From Jimgerdemannia flammicorona (Eukaryota), in NCBI GenBank assembly GCA_003990765.1, contig RBNJ01000211.1:1-36645 (forward strand): a stretch of 36,645 nucleotides of DNA, read 5' to 3'. The notes below the pieces were generated by a model. That model was given only the letters and a program-made list of their open reading frames with translations, did no database searches and was not told where the DNA came from. The translations under genes were made by a program, and so were the position numbers. Shown piece by piece: positions 23,101 through 35,634 of this stretch; positions within the stretch are counted from its first letter, which is position 1; each line of letters begins with the position of its first letter.

Positions 23101-26100
23101 AGGAGAAGACATCCTAGCTCTTATCAGACATACAACCTGCCAGGAATGAGTAGAGGATACCACCACTTCATGGAAGCCCTAGACCCTACAGGAAGAAGAG
23201 GAATCAACTATCTCCAAGACCCCTCCACTGAAGCCAGATGGCCACACCTCAACCTGAGAGTCTGGAGGCTCTCTGCTAGTAGAGCCTCAGCCCAAGGACA
23301 GCCCAAACTCAGCAAGGATGTTGCTCAGTATACTCTGCTACATCCAAAGGCCAAACCCCTGACCAAAGCTCACCCAGAAGATATAGGATATGATCTTCAC
23401 AGTCTGGGGGATGAATCCATCAAGTCTGGAAAAACATTTATAATCAGAACCAGACTAGCCATGCAGCCACCCCAAGGAGCTTACATCCAACTGACCTCAA
23501 GATCTGAACTTACCAGATAAGGAATAACTGTAGAAGGAGAAACCATTGACCCAGGATATACAGGCGAAATCAAGGTCATTTTATACAACAGTAGTACAGA
23601 ATAGCACCAAATCATTAGAGGACAGAATATTGCCCAAGCAGTCTTCATGAAGGTCAAGACCTCACAATTATAAGAAGTCTCCAAACTGACTGAAGGAACA
23701 AGACAAGCCAAAGGATTTGGAAGTTCATATAAGAAAAAAGTACATCTCCTTCAAGTCAACCACCTCAAGAGGAATGTTCCATAGCAAGTATACTGCCAAC
23801 CAGTCAAACTGCACAAGAATCTCATCCTGGAACCTGGAGAACAAACCACCTTCGAAATCTTTGCACCACCTGACCCCAGAAACCTTTTCTTTGAACCCAA
23901 TGAAGATATCCCACACCTAGACATAGAAGGACATACATTCCCTGACAAGATGAATCCAGTACACTCTCAAGCAACCAACCAAAGTTGGGAAACCATCATC
24001 TTGCCAAAAGGAACTATCTTAGGACATCTGGTGCCTTTTCTCAGCTGAACTCATAGAGAAGTTTATGAACTAAACTTATCAGGAAATGGCAAAAAGTCTC
24101 AGAAGAAAGGAAAGGCCCCTCTGCGACCCAAGAGACAGTGAAGCCTTCCACCAACATTGGAAAAGAATTGACACCCCAACAATGGCAACAACTAGTAGAA
24201 CTCCTCAACAAATATCAAGATATCTTCACCACTGATTATGGTAACCTATCATACAACCCATTATATCACTACAGCATAAATATAGGAAATGCAATATCCA
24301 TCCAGCAGAAACCCTATAGAATACCCCAATACCTAAAGACATTTGAAAAGGAGCACATTCAAGAACTCTTAGACAATGGAGTCATCTGACTCTCTACCAG
24401 CCCCTGGGCCAGCCCTATACTTATTATACCAAAGAAAGGAGGATGGAGACTCTGTGTAGATTACAGAAAACTCAATTAAGTTACTGAAAAGGATGTCTAT
24501 CCTTTGTCAAGAATCAATGACCTTTTAGATCAGTTATAAGATGTCAGATACTTCAGCAGTATGGACCTTTTTGCAGAATTCTACAAGATCTCTATGGACT
24601 CCAAGGATATTCAGAAAACAGTCTTTCTTACTCTAGGAAAACTGTTTGAATACCTCTGAATACTCTTTGGACTTTGTAATATATCTCTCACCTTCCAGAG
24701 GATGATGAATTCAGTCTATGTCCCTTTGATCCACCACTGCCTGATTGTATATATGGATGATTCCAATATCTATTCAGCAAATTTTGAAGAATACCTGCAC
24801 TACCTAGAGAAATTCTTCAAGCTCACCTACAAGAACCACCTGAGGCTCAATGTAAAGAAATACTACTTTGGGAAACAGAAACTTGAATTTCTTGGATTTA
24901 TATATAATTTCAAAAGAAAGGATCTATGCAGACCCAAAGAAAACTGAGAAGATCAACAATTAGCCAGTACCTAAGATCCTGAAGGAAATACTATCATTCC
25001 TGATGCTAGTATCCTACTATAGAAGATTTATCAAGGACTTTGCCCAAATCACTGCTCCCATCTGAGTCCTTCTCAAGAAAGGAGCACCATATAAATAGAT
25101 AGAATTACAAGAGAAAGCCTTCAAGAAACTCAAGAACCACATGACCACAGCATCAATCCTTGTACACTCTGATCTACAGAAGCCATTCATCTTATACACA
25201 GATATTTCCAAAGATGGCCTAGGAGCAGTTTTAGCCCAAGAAGGACCTGATCAACAGCACTATATGATAGCTTATGCAAGACAAGCTACCAATCAGCAGC
25301 AGATGAACTATGGCAGCACCAAACTAGAATGCCTTGCAGTCATATAGGCAGTCACTTTGTTCAAGCATTACCTTATCAGAAAAAGGTTCACTCTGATCAC
25401 AGACCATACAGCCCTCAAATGACTATTCAACTGCAAGAAACCCACCAGAATTCTAGCCTGCTGGATCCTTATTCTTCAGGATTACAAAATTACCATTATC
25501 TACAAAGCAGGGAAAGCTTACAACAATGTTGATGTACTTTCCCATTAGCCTCAATGAACCAGAAGAAGGGTGTTCCAAGGAACTACACCCTAAAGGAAGC
25601 TCCTCAGACTATCAAGGCCCAAGAAGATCTTATCTAAAAGGAATACCAGAAAGCTCACTAAGGATAAGCAACCTAGAAGAAAAGTTGTAAACAATATACC
25701 AACATTGGCCTAATCTCAGAATACAAGTCTAGGACATACTCAAGAAATGTGATGCCTACTAGAAGTACCAAAAAAGGATGAACTACCAAGCACCACTGCA
25801 ACCAATCACACTACCAGACAACATCTTTCAGAGATGGAGAGTAGACATAATTAGACTTCTACCAGTTATACCAAGAAGAAATAAATATATTCTTATATTT
25901 GTAGAACATCTGACTAAGTGGCCTAGACTTTCTCAATGGAAATTGCAGATGCCTTAACCATTGTAGGCCTTCTCTATAGACTCACACTCAGATATAGATC
26001 TCCAGAAGAACTCATCTCTGACTGAGACACAGAATTCATCAACAACATAATTACAAGTTATGGCCAAATTCACAAGATCTACCTCAAACAGACCATATTA

Positions 26101-26630
26101 TATTACCCTCAGATCAATGGTATGACAGAAAGAATGAACCAGACCATCAAGAAAGAACTTATCTTAGTCAGTCCTACTAATTGAGACCTCTGCTTACCTG
26201 AGATCCTATGGAAAATTCAGAATACCTCTGCTACCTCCACCAAACCAAAGTCATTTGAAATGATATTTGCCAAAAAAAAACCAGAACTGCTGACTATGAG
26301 AATCTTGGAGACCTCCTCAAGAAGACAGGACAGTTATGTAATCAGGCCCAAGTTCAGATTACCAAAGCCCAAGAAAGATAAAAGAAGTACTATGATCAGA
26401 AACAGAAAGACCAGAAGATCAAAATTGGAGATCAAGTACTAGTTTGGAGAAACATGATTGAAACAAACTTTGCCACTAAATTGGAGCCCAAATGGGAAAG
26501 ACCTTATCTTGTATACAATATCAGAGGAATCAGTATCTATTTAAGAGGCATGGATGAACAAACCCTGAGGATATCAGTATACATTAATCACCTCAAGATA
26601 TACCTTTCCTATCATGAATCAGACAATTGA
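20191..26630 (+). pseudogene. E2 gag-pol polyprotein (gag, PR, Cys-rich insert, dUTPase, RT, RNase H, IN)
   Basis: ILIDTGAAV (~21725), WRLCVDYRKLN (~24445), YMDD (~24750), YTDISKDG (~25195), TERMNQTIK (~26125). Gag runs into PR in the same frame. Confidence 0.95.
23323..23727 (+). pseudogene. dut: dUTPase domain of E2
   Basis: DIGYDL, TSRSEL, GETIDPGYTGEI, IAQ, RQAKGFGSS. Confidence 0.92.
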
Positions 26631-27126
26631 CCAGTGCCTCCAGACTCTTATTCTGAGTTCATTCCAATCACTCCCAGTTTCCCTTCCACAATTTCAACAA
26701 GTCAATGAAAACTCTCTTCAACGAATCAAGACCTATCAAAAGAACCTCACCTTGGCCAGATATTTACTGCAAGTCCACCAGCTGCAGGCCTACTATATAA
26801 TTGGAGAACAGTTGCAGAACCTCCTAGCAGCAGACCTGACCTACATCAGAAACTCCACCAGTCTCACTCAGAAAAATACCACTACTGCAGACAGACTATA
26901 TACAATCTACAAACAAAATGTCCCAGTATTGACACAGACACAATTCCTCCTGAATAACATTTAAAACATGAACCCTACCACCTACTGGAGTATTATAAAC
27001 CATATTGAAATCCTGTTTCCAGAGGAAGAAGAAGAACCCATTGAATGGAGTGACTTTGACCCAAATGAAGATACTGGTTTAGGTATTGATGCTGAAGATA
27101 CTTATGCACATTGGAATGATGACTAA
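26614..27126 (+). pseudogene. E2 accessory ORF3 (~170 codons, unknown function)
   Basis: ORF 26614-26964 continues in frame past one TAA to TAA 27126. Aligns with E1 ORF3. Confidence 0.8.
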
Positions 27127-27166
27127 AGGATTGTCTGAGGACAGACCATCTTTTAGTGAGGGTTGA

Positions 27167-28431
27167 TATGATGAGCAACAGAATTGTACTACTGAAAATC
27201 ATAAATTAGCCACATACTATATCTAGTGTACTAAGCAACCAAGACTGCTTTACTATATCAATCTGTATATTTAGCCAAAGATACCAGAAACAGTATGTTT
27301 ACCTATACCCTCCAGGTACACCATACTCTCAAGATATACTGTACCCTCAAGATACACTATACTCTCAAGGAACACTTGCCATAGTTAGCAATCTATAGTT
27401 AGCAATATAGTAACCAGTAGCAACTCCAACTGTATAAATTACCCCAGAGATAAGAGTGAATAAACCTTAGTCCAAAAAGTTGAAGCAAACTAAAGAAGCC
27501 TCTAAAGATTGAGCATTGGTCTCTTTTCCCCACTCTGGTCTACTTTCCAATATAAAGACTGATTAGTATGCTTGCCAGACTAAGCCTGAAGAATTCAAGT
27601 TTGCCACTGAGTTCAAGTGAAGAACTTCACTGCCTTTTGAAGAGAAATCTGCCACTTAAGGAATAAGCCACTATATTTTGGTTTGCTTGCTAGATAAGCC
27701 TAAAGATTTGCTGCCAAAAGTTTAAGAAAGAACTTTGCCACCTTTTGAGTAATCTGCTGCTTAAGGAATAAGCTACTGTTTTTAAGTTATCTGCATTCCC
27801 AGAGAACCCTTAAGGAACCTTACCATAAAGCCAGTCTCCTGATACAACTTTACAGTGATTCATTCATACAAACAAAGCTAGTCTTTGATGTAACTTTGCT
27901 AAGAATCTGAGTATTATTCTTAGAGAGCCTGCTGATTTAGGAAAAATCTACAACATCTGAGTTATCTGAGTTACCCAAGTTATCCACACCATCCAAGTTA
28001 TTCATTTGTTCCCAGTGAGCCCAAGTTATTGAGTTATCCACTGCTAGTATTATTCCTAGTAAGCTGCTGATTCAGGAAGAATCTACACTACTCTCTATTC
28101 CTAGTGAATCTACACCCAAATTGAGTTATCTGCCAGATCACATCATTATGCAGAAATCACATACTTTTGGAGATTTCCACTCCAGAAGGAAACTCCTAAA
28201 TTACCAGACCATCATGCATACTATGCTACAGACATACAAATTACTACTACACCCAGAGAACCATCCCAATAAGAAAATCACTAGAATTGCTCACAGATAT
28301 CCAGCTTTGACTATTATACCACTAAATACCAAGAACATTTTGTTGCTTTTAACAAAGTAACTGAGGGCTCAAGTCAAACTACACCAACCCCCAACCTTGT
28401 AATTTGCCTCTATTGAGCCAGACACATTACA
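27167..28431 (+). repeat. E2 3' LTR (1265 bp)
   Basis: Preceded by AGTGAGGGTTGA. Ends CACATTACA, followed by TSD GTAT. Confidence 0.95.
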
Positions 28432-28735
28432 GTATATATATCTGTTTTGAACTAATATATTCTTGTAGACTTTCTTTATGATATTATTGTCTTCTTCAAG
28501 GATTTGTCTGATAATTCTTTATATATTTATATTCTTAGTATACTTCTTCTTAACCTTCTCAAATAGGCTAATAATGATATTGCTAATTACTGTAAAGTCA
28601 TCTTTCTATGTACTTTGGGAGAGTGCATCAGCTACTTCATTCTTAGTTCTAGTAATATTCTTAATTTTGACATCAAAGGGTATAAGAATCTGCATCTATT
28701 GGACCTGTCTTTTGATGAGGATTGGCTATATCTAG
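28432..28735 (-). pseudogene. Old host Ty3/gypsy pol, fragment 1: end of RNase H and linker
   Basis: RQVQ*MQILIPFDVKIKNITRTKNEVADALS. Joins in frame to fragment 2 (VQNRYIY|FDNKRIW). Confidence 0.85.
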
Positions 28736-30599
28736 TGTGATGTACACAACTGATAATACTGGAATAAGGAAGCAATGATGATATATCTTGCAATCACCTT
28801 AATCAAATAATAATCCCAATCTTATAGTATGATAATCAGATGATACTGTCTGATGATCCATTCAATCTATTAGGAAATCTGACCAAAAGAAACAATAATA
28901 ATCTGAGTTAAAATAAAGGCCATATTATTTAAAGAACCTAGACCCAGTATGTCAAGAAGAATCAGAACAAATAAAAATACAATACTTCCTTTTTACTACT
29001 TCAACCAGACCTTCTACCACAGTACTCCTTTACTAAGTCTGAAGAGTCTTGTCCTCAAAGCCATCAAAATGGCTATCTGGTGCTCTGATACTACTGAGCA
29101 TCTGAACTTCTATACTGAAGACCTTGGATATTTTATCAACTACTACTATATAATGACCCAGAAGTTCAAGAATACTACTGACTAAATGACTCTCTGGCAT
29201 GACTATAAAATTGGACACTACCTCTATAATGAAGCCCAAGAAGATGACCAGGAAGACCTTATTGCCAAACTATTAACCACTAACTGGCTGATCAAGAGAG
29301 CTCATCATGTCAACCAAATCTTCCACTATATACTCTGAGCTATAGCTTACTTATCAGGAGTTACTACTAGAAACATAGTCTGCCTCACAACTAAAGAAGT
29401 TAATTGGATGAAAGCTGAAGTTGCCAATTATATTAGGAGCAATATATTACTATAGAAAGTCAATAAACTGAATCCACTCTACCAGGCTTCCATACTACCC
29501 CTCTCTGAGATAACTATTAAGGCCATCTAATAAGTCTTATGGAAATCTTTGAAGGACTACTCGTTACTGTTGAAGTATCTGCAGGAGCTACTATGACTAC
29601 CCATTACTTCATTAGTTATATATTACATCACATTGTATAGAAATCAAACCAAGAAGTCTCAGAAGCTCCTATCTAAGAAAAAGAAGAACACTAAGACTCT
29701 GTCATCAAAACTATCATAGTACCTCAAGATGCCCAAACTGATGAATTCCAAAAAGAAGAATAATAAAGAATCTACTAGTCTTCAGTCTGCCTTCAAGCTA
29801 TGCAAGGGTTAGAGAATATCATTGAAGATGATTGGCCACTATTTTATCTTCTCACTTCTTGGCCAGCACTTTCCCTCTTTAAAGAGTAGTATGATAAAGT
29901 TACAATCCAACAAGGTGATTTGCTTATCACTAGTGAAGGATATCATGCCTTTTAATATAGAGATCAACATTCTTTGCCAGCAGTATAGAATAAAGATATT
30001 TCAGTCTTATTTGATTTAGTTAGTATCACTCTTCATACAAGTATATTATAGTTTAGCCAAATATAGAATAGCCCTCTCATTACCTAAACATTTTTTGTCA
30101 GCAATACAGAATAAGAGTATTCCAACCTTACTCTTACTATCTCAGAAATTGATATGAAAATTATTACAAAACTCAAGATATGAACTACTACTACTATGAA
30201 AATTATTACAAAAAGATACAAGTCAAACTGCTACCATATAAATTGGATACAAGATCTCAGATCACACAAAATTCAAAATACAAGATCACCAACTTGCCAG
30301 GAAACTTTACTAAGAATACTAGGATAACTGTCAGTATACTAGAATCTATAATATATGTACTTTCACCTTCTGCTATTCTAAATGTCTAGTCATATAATTA
30401 ATGACTTGTGATATGCAAACTTCAATGATATGTAAACTCCAACTTGACATGAATGAGAAATACAAACAAATCAAACAGTAGTTGAACTGAACATTGAGCC
30501 AGAACATTATCAGATAAAAAGATAAACAGTATATAAGATAACTAAGTAGTATATTAAGCAGTGCATTCTGCAAGCAGGACATACAAATTACATATCACA
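28736..30599 (+). repeat. E3 putative 5' LTR (1864 bp)
   Basis: Perfect 6-bp inverted termini. Starts where the host pol stops and ends 3 nt before the PBS. The second LTR is not available for confirmation. Confidence 0.75.
28949..29530 (+). pseudogene. Degenerate ORF inside the E3 LTR, possibly related to ORF3 of E1/E2
   Basis: Frame continues past isolated stops: ...HDYKIGHYLYN...KRAHHVNQIF...IAYLSGVTTRNIVCLT... Confidence 0.5.
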
Positions 30600-30602
30600 T
30601 TT

Positions 30603-30620
30603 TGGGGGCTCAACTGGGAA
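30603..30620 (+). other. E3 primer binding site, tRNA-Pro type
   Basis: TGGGGGCTCAACTGGGAA. Confidence 0.8.
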
Positions 30621-31490
30621 AGTTTTCTAAAGACTTGACTATTTGGCTCAAGAACCCAGCAGCCATCTATAGTGAAGAATTCAGGAGAAACTAGTCAGCA
30701 ATAAGACCAGGGCCAATAACTGCCCTCACTCTGTTCAGAACCAGTAATCAGACAACTGAATTAGAAGGAAGAAGTGACCCAGACTATAGTTTAATTACAA
30801 GGAAAAGAAGAAGACTTAGAGGACAACCTAAGCCCATTTCCACCCAAAGTCTAGAATCAGCAGAAGACTTCTTTGAAGAATACCAGACCCTAATCTATAG
30901 GAGAAATTCAGGCAGAAGTAATTATATTACTACTGTTATCACTTAAGCAACTCTATTGAATCAAGTATACTTTGAAATATCTAAAGAAGAAGAAGACTAC
31001 TATTCCTATCTTTCAGAATCAGAGGAAGATAAAGATTGAGGAAGCTAACCAGATCAACTAAGAGATAAATTCAACCTTTACTATTACTCAGACAGCAATA
31101 CAGACCCTTGAAAAGATGAACAGAACCCTACTACTTCACAATAACAAGGGGGTAGACAAATTGAATATCAGCTACATCAGTCCTATTCTAGTTGTCAGAA
31201 TGTCAGTCTCTTGATCTTTCATACCTCATTACTACTCACAAGAAACAAAAAGCTCAAGCCCTCTCAGAACCTCAGTATTTAGTGATCATTATTACTTAAT
31301 CAGAGGACCACCATTATTAAGAACCTCTATACTAGCTTTAATTTGAAAGGCCAGACTCTCTATACCTTCACCAAGACACTGTCTCCTGTCAGCACCACTA
31401 GTTTATCAAGTACCTCCACTATCTCTATCTCAAGCATCATCAAGAAACTCCACTCCAGAACCAGACTCAGACAGTGAAAATGAACCAGAG

Positions 31491-34400
31491 ATGAGCTATC
31501 TTCAGAAATTCCATGGTATAGATAGTGAAGATATTGAGGAATTCTTTGGAGAAATTGAAGTGCAAGTAGCTGCCAAACAATAGAATGTTCAGAGAAAGCT
31601 CAGAATTATAGAATCACTCCTGAGAGGTCCTATCCTATAGAAGTACAACTAAGCTAAGCAAGGCAAATTAGAGGAGAAATCTATATAACAGAATAAGCCA
31701 ACAATCTTTGAGTAAATAGAGATCATATAGATAGATATAATATCCATAAGATCTGGTTCTGCACTCAGTTCAATGGTCTTGAGTGTCAATAAGAAGTATA
31801 AGAAGCCTTGACCTATATTGAGCCAAGTTGCCAATAAAACCCCTAAGGCTTTCTACTATAGGATTCAAGTCCAGATGATTAATACAAACTTACAACCTGC
31901 AGTCCAACTGGCCCTGGCCTCAACTACCTTCCTCAATAGAATATTTCCAGAGCTTTAGAGATAAGTTATCAGGATAGATTACTGAAGTATTGAGTAGTAA
32001 GTTACCAGAGTACAAGGATGCTGGAAAGCAGACTATAGATCACTCCAGCAGATTCAAGAACATTGAGAACCTGCTCAAGCTGAAATTTCAAGAATTCATA
32101 AAATAATTACAGAATAAGAGAATTTCTATCTAAGAGTATAGTTGACCAACTATGAGACCAGACCCCCACCCTCAATTCCAACTCAGTATAGACAGCAACA
32201 GCAGTAGCCCCTACCAAGAGTCCAAGAAGACCCTATGATAATACTCATTAAGTAAATAAAGGATTTGGCCATTGTAGTTGCTCAGCTAAAGAACCAAGGA
32301 GGAAGATAGTAAGATTATTACTGTAATAGTAGACCAGACTACTGGCAGCAAGACAATAGAAGTTCCACTCAGGCCCCACCAGCTATAACTACAAGCCCAT
32401 CAATAATAAGTACTTATATCCCAATATGCTTCAACTGTAGAAACCAAGACCATATTCAGAGATTCTGTCCAAAGAAACAACTCTCACTCAATAACAGAAA
32501 TATCAACCTTATTCAAATAGATGAAGAGACTCAAGAAATAGAAGAGAAAACAGTCTGGCTTTATGGTCAAGAGAATATCTACTATGAAGCCTTCTCTTTT
32601 AAGGTGACTTGAGATGCTGCCTCCATATAGATCAGAGGATGAGGAAGACCTCCTAGGACCCCTCTTCCACCACCACTGCCAGTGATAGTATCTACAGGTA
32701 AGCACTCAAGATATAGCTACTCCTCCTCAGACACTCTCTAGGAAAATAACAAGCAAGTCAGAAGAGACACCCCTGAACTGAAGGCTAGACCTTTAAGGAT
32801 ATCAAGAAGTGCTTTCTTGCCTAACCTTGAAGAAGATGAGCACATAAGTATAGAATCTCTGATTGATGAAATGCCCAATAAAAATAAGAGGACTCACTAT
32901 AAGAGACCCAGACATCAAAGAAATAGTAGACCTCATGAAGCAGCATCTCTTTGGAAACACATCTATATATAAAATACAGGCCTTACATTTGAACAAGTCC
33001 TTAAGAATATACCAGAAGTTAGGCAAAAATTTCTAAAGAAAGTCAAAGAAGATACCAAGAGAATTCCTATTTAAGAACCACATATACTAGAGCCTAGCAC
33101 TATCTATATAGTCTACAAAAACCAATACTAAGAACATTAATCCACAAGACTCACCAATGGAAAATTATATAGTAAAAATGTCAGAATCCTTATCAATACT
33201 GGAGTAGCAGTTTATATTATTACTCAGTGAATACTAGAGAGGATTAGATAAGGAATTGATGAAGGAACTAAAGCAAGAGTCATTATAGTATATAGATCAG
33301 CATCTACCTCTCTTGGAATAGTTAGAGACATACCTATTCAAGTTGGAAAGGCCTGCCTCAATATACTATAAGCCATAGTAACTCTAGTAATCTCTTATAA
33401 TCTGATCTTAGGAACTAATTGATTATACTGAGTTAGAGCTAATATAGATATCAAGAAATAGCTCCTAGCCTCACCTTCTATGAACAGAAGTATAAAATAC
33501 TAATTGAATCAAGAGAATCCTCAAGAAAAGTGAGTCAAATCTCTGAAATAAAATGGTAAGGATATGGAGATATACCTATCTCTACAGAAGATAAAGTAAA
33601 GCCAATTTCCTATAAGAACTAAGAAGTGATTTTGATGCTCTCTGAGACTCTGAAAGTGGTCAAGAAGATCCTTTTGTTGGAGTTGTTAATATTGAGGACC
33701 TGGAGGAAAGTATTAAATAGGCTATTAGTAAATAAGCAATACTTGAGTTTGTAGGACTATCTATATAATCACTACTATCTCTAAAGAAAAACAGAATCAT
33801 ACAAGCCTTCTGCTTAGGCATGTGAATACTACAACTTTTCCACTCACTAAGAGATGATTATAGTAACTGTCAAATTCTTAATCTTAAGAAGATTTCAATA
33901 TTACCAATAGAAGACAAAGATAAGTTGAAACAAGCCCTAGTACTCAGATAAATATAACTACTAACCCTAAAGATATTTAAGAAAACCTATAAGGAAGAAC
34001 AGAAGGTCCTCTCTTACTAATCTCTAGAAACTCTCACAATTGAAGAAAATAACAACAATGCCTACACTATCACTCAAGCTCTTCAGATTACTTTACCTAC
34101 TTATGATAAATATCAAAGGAGATATCCTATAAGGAAGTTAAGCAGTAGAATGAGAAGTTTGTTAAACAAGAACACTGTGATTGTGGTGTGAATATTGAAG
34201 TATTCATCTCAGTAATGATATCTATAAGAGCCAAGTCAAGAGAAAGGATCCTACTCTGCAAGAACTCTGAATTCACTAGGTCTGTCAAAAATGCAAACAG
34301 ATCAACTATAAAGAAGACTGTAAAGCCAAGAGCAAGATCTCTATTTGGGATCTGTCATTAGAATTACTTACAATTATTCACTAGTATTACTGCCCTTACT

Positions 34401-35634
34401 AAGACAACTAAGGAGTCAATCTTACCTTTATCTTCATAGAAGCCCTGGATCTACTTGGAAGAATAGAATTCAATTATACAAGAAACCCAAAGACTAAAGT
34501 ACATTGGCTATTCTTCAAGTCAGAATATATAAAGCCCTCATTTATAATAGCAACTATAGGGGTACCATTTCTCAAAACTCAGCCAGTTATTCAAGTCAAG
34601 TTACGTTACTATTACCTTGGGTACAACCCCCTCTTACACAAACAGAAGGATTAGTTGGATATGATCTCTGCCTTCCCTACTAAGCAATACTGTATCCCAG
34701 AACTATAAGGACCTTTGATCTTCAAATTACACTTGCTATACTATCTGGACACTATAGTTAACTAGCATCAAGATCATTTCTAGCAGCCAAAGAAGTTATA
34801 GTAGAAGGAGGAGTTATTGATCAAGATTATTGAGGCTCACTGAAGGTTATTATTTACAACAGTAACAGAAATCACTAAGTCTTTAATCTCTTAGAAGTTA
34901 TCTATCAGATCCTATTCATCAAGATATTATAACCAACTATCTAGGAAGTAGACTGACTCAGCAGCACCAAGAAAGGATAAGGAGGCTTTGGAAGTACCAA
35001 TAGAACTCAACTACCTATTGAAGTTTACCTAGCAACAGTAGCTCAGTTCTGTCAAATAAAACCACACTTCTGCCATCTCATTCAAGCAAGAGAAGATGTC
35101 ATCCTTCAGTCTTATCAATAAAGAAGCCTAGATATATATCTACCAGAATATGCTAACAATCTAATATTTGAGCCTTCAATTGAACTTTAAGAAAAGTATT
35201 ACCTCCTTTTAGCTAAAGAATAAATTTATGATTAGATATCACCAATTCACATCTCTATCAGAAATTTGGGCTTTGAAGTAGTAACAATTCCTAAAGAAAT
35301 AATACTGAGGTACTTTGAATCACTAATAGATAACTATAAGGAAGAAGTCTTCAAATTCTTGAGAAATAGTAAGCCCTCTCTAGTGAGACTGGTAGTACTA
35401 GAGAGAAAGACTTAGCAATTAAAGATATTAATATTGAAACAACTCTAACAGAGGATCAGCAATAATAGATATAAAAGTTAATAGGAGAATATAAAGATAT
35501 ATTCACTATAATATATAATAACTTCTCACTATATCAATATAGAGAGCATGCTATATATAAAACTAATCCAACAGTACTCATACTGAATACTATATCATCT
35601 GATCAAGTTTGAACAATAACATATAGAAATATTG
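31491..35634 (+). pseudogene. E3 gag-PR-insert-dUTPase-(RT start)
   Basis: Motifs as listed for E3; heavily decayed. Confidence 0.85.
34597..34998 (+). pseudogene. dut: dUTPase domain of E3
   Basis: VGYDL, ASRS, GGVIDQDY*GSLKV, GGFGST. Confidence 0.88.

Larger units (their letters stand above)
18358..28431 (+). mobile_element. Full-length Ty3/gypsy LTR retrotransposon E2 (same family as E1, different U3 and ORF3 variant)
   Basis: LTRs 18358-19626 and 27167-28431, TSD GTAT (18354-18357, 28432-28435), PBS 19629-19646. Internal region collinear with E1. Confidence 0.95.
28736..35634 (+). mobile_element. Ty3/gypsy LTR retrotransposon E3 (distant relative of E1/E2), truncated at the start of RT
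   Basis: LTR-like TGTGAT...ATCACA, PBS-Pro, gag FHGIDSEDIEEF, CFNCRNQDHIQRFC, ILINTGVAV, dUTPase. Right boundary approximate; no 3' LTR in window. Confidence 0.85.

Noticed and set aside
745..28431. E1/E2 as a tandem duplication or misassembly
   Set aside because: They have different TSDs, U3s and ORF3 variants, and are separated by unique in-frame host pol sequence.
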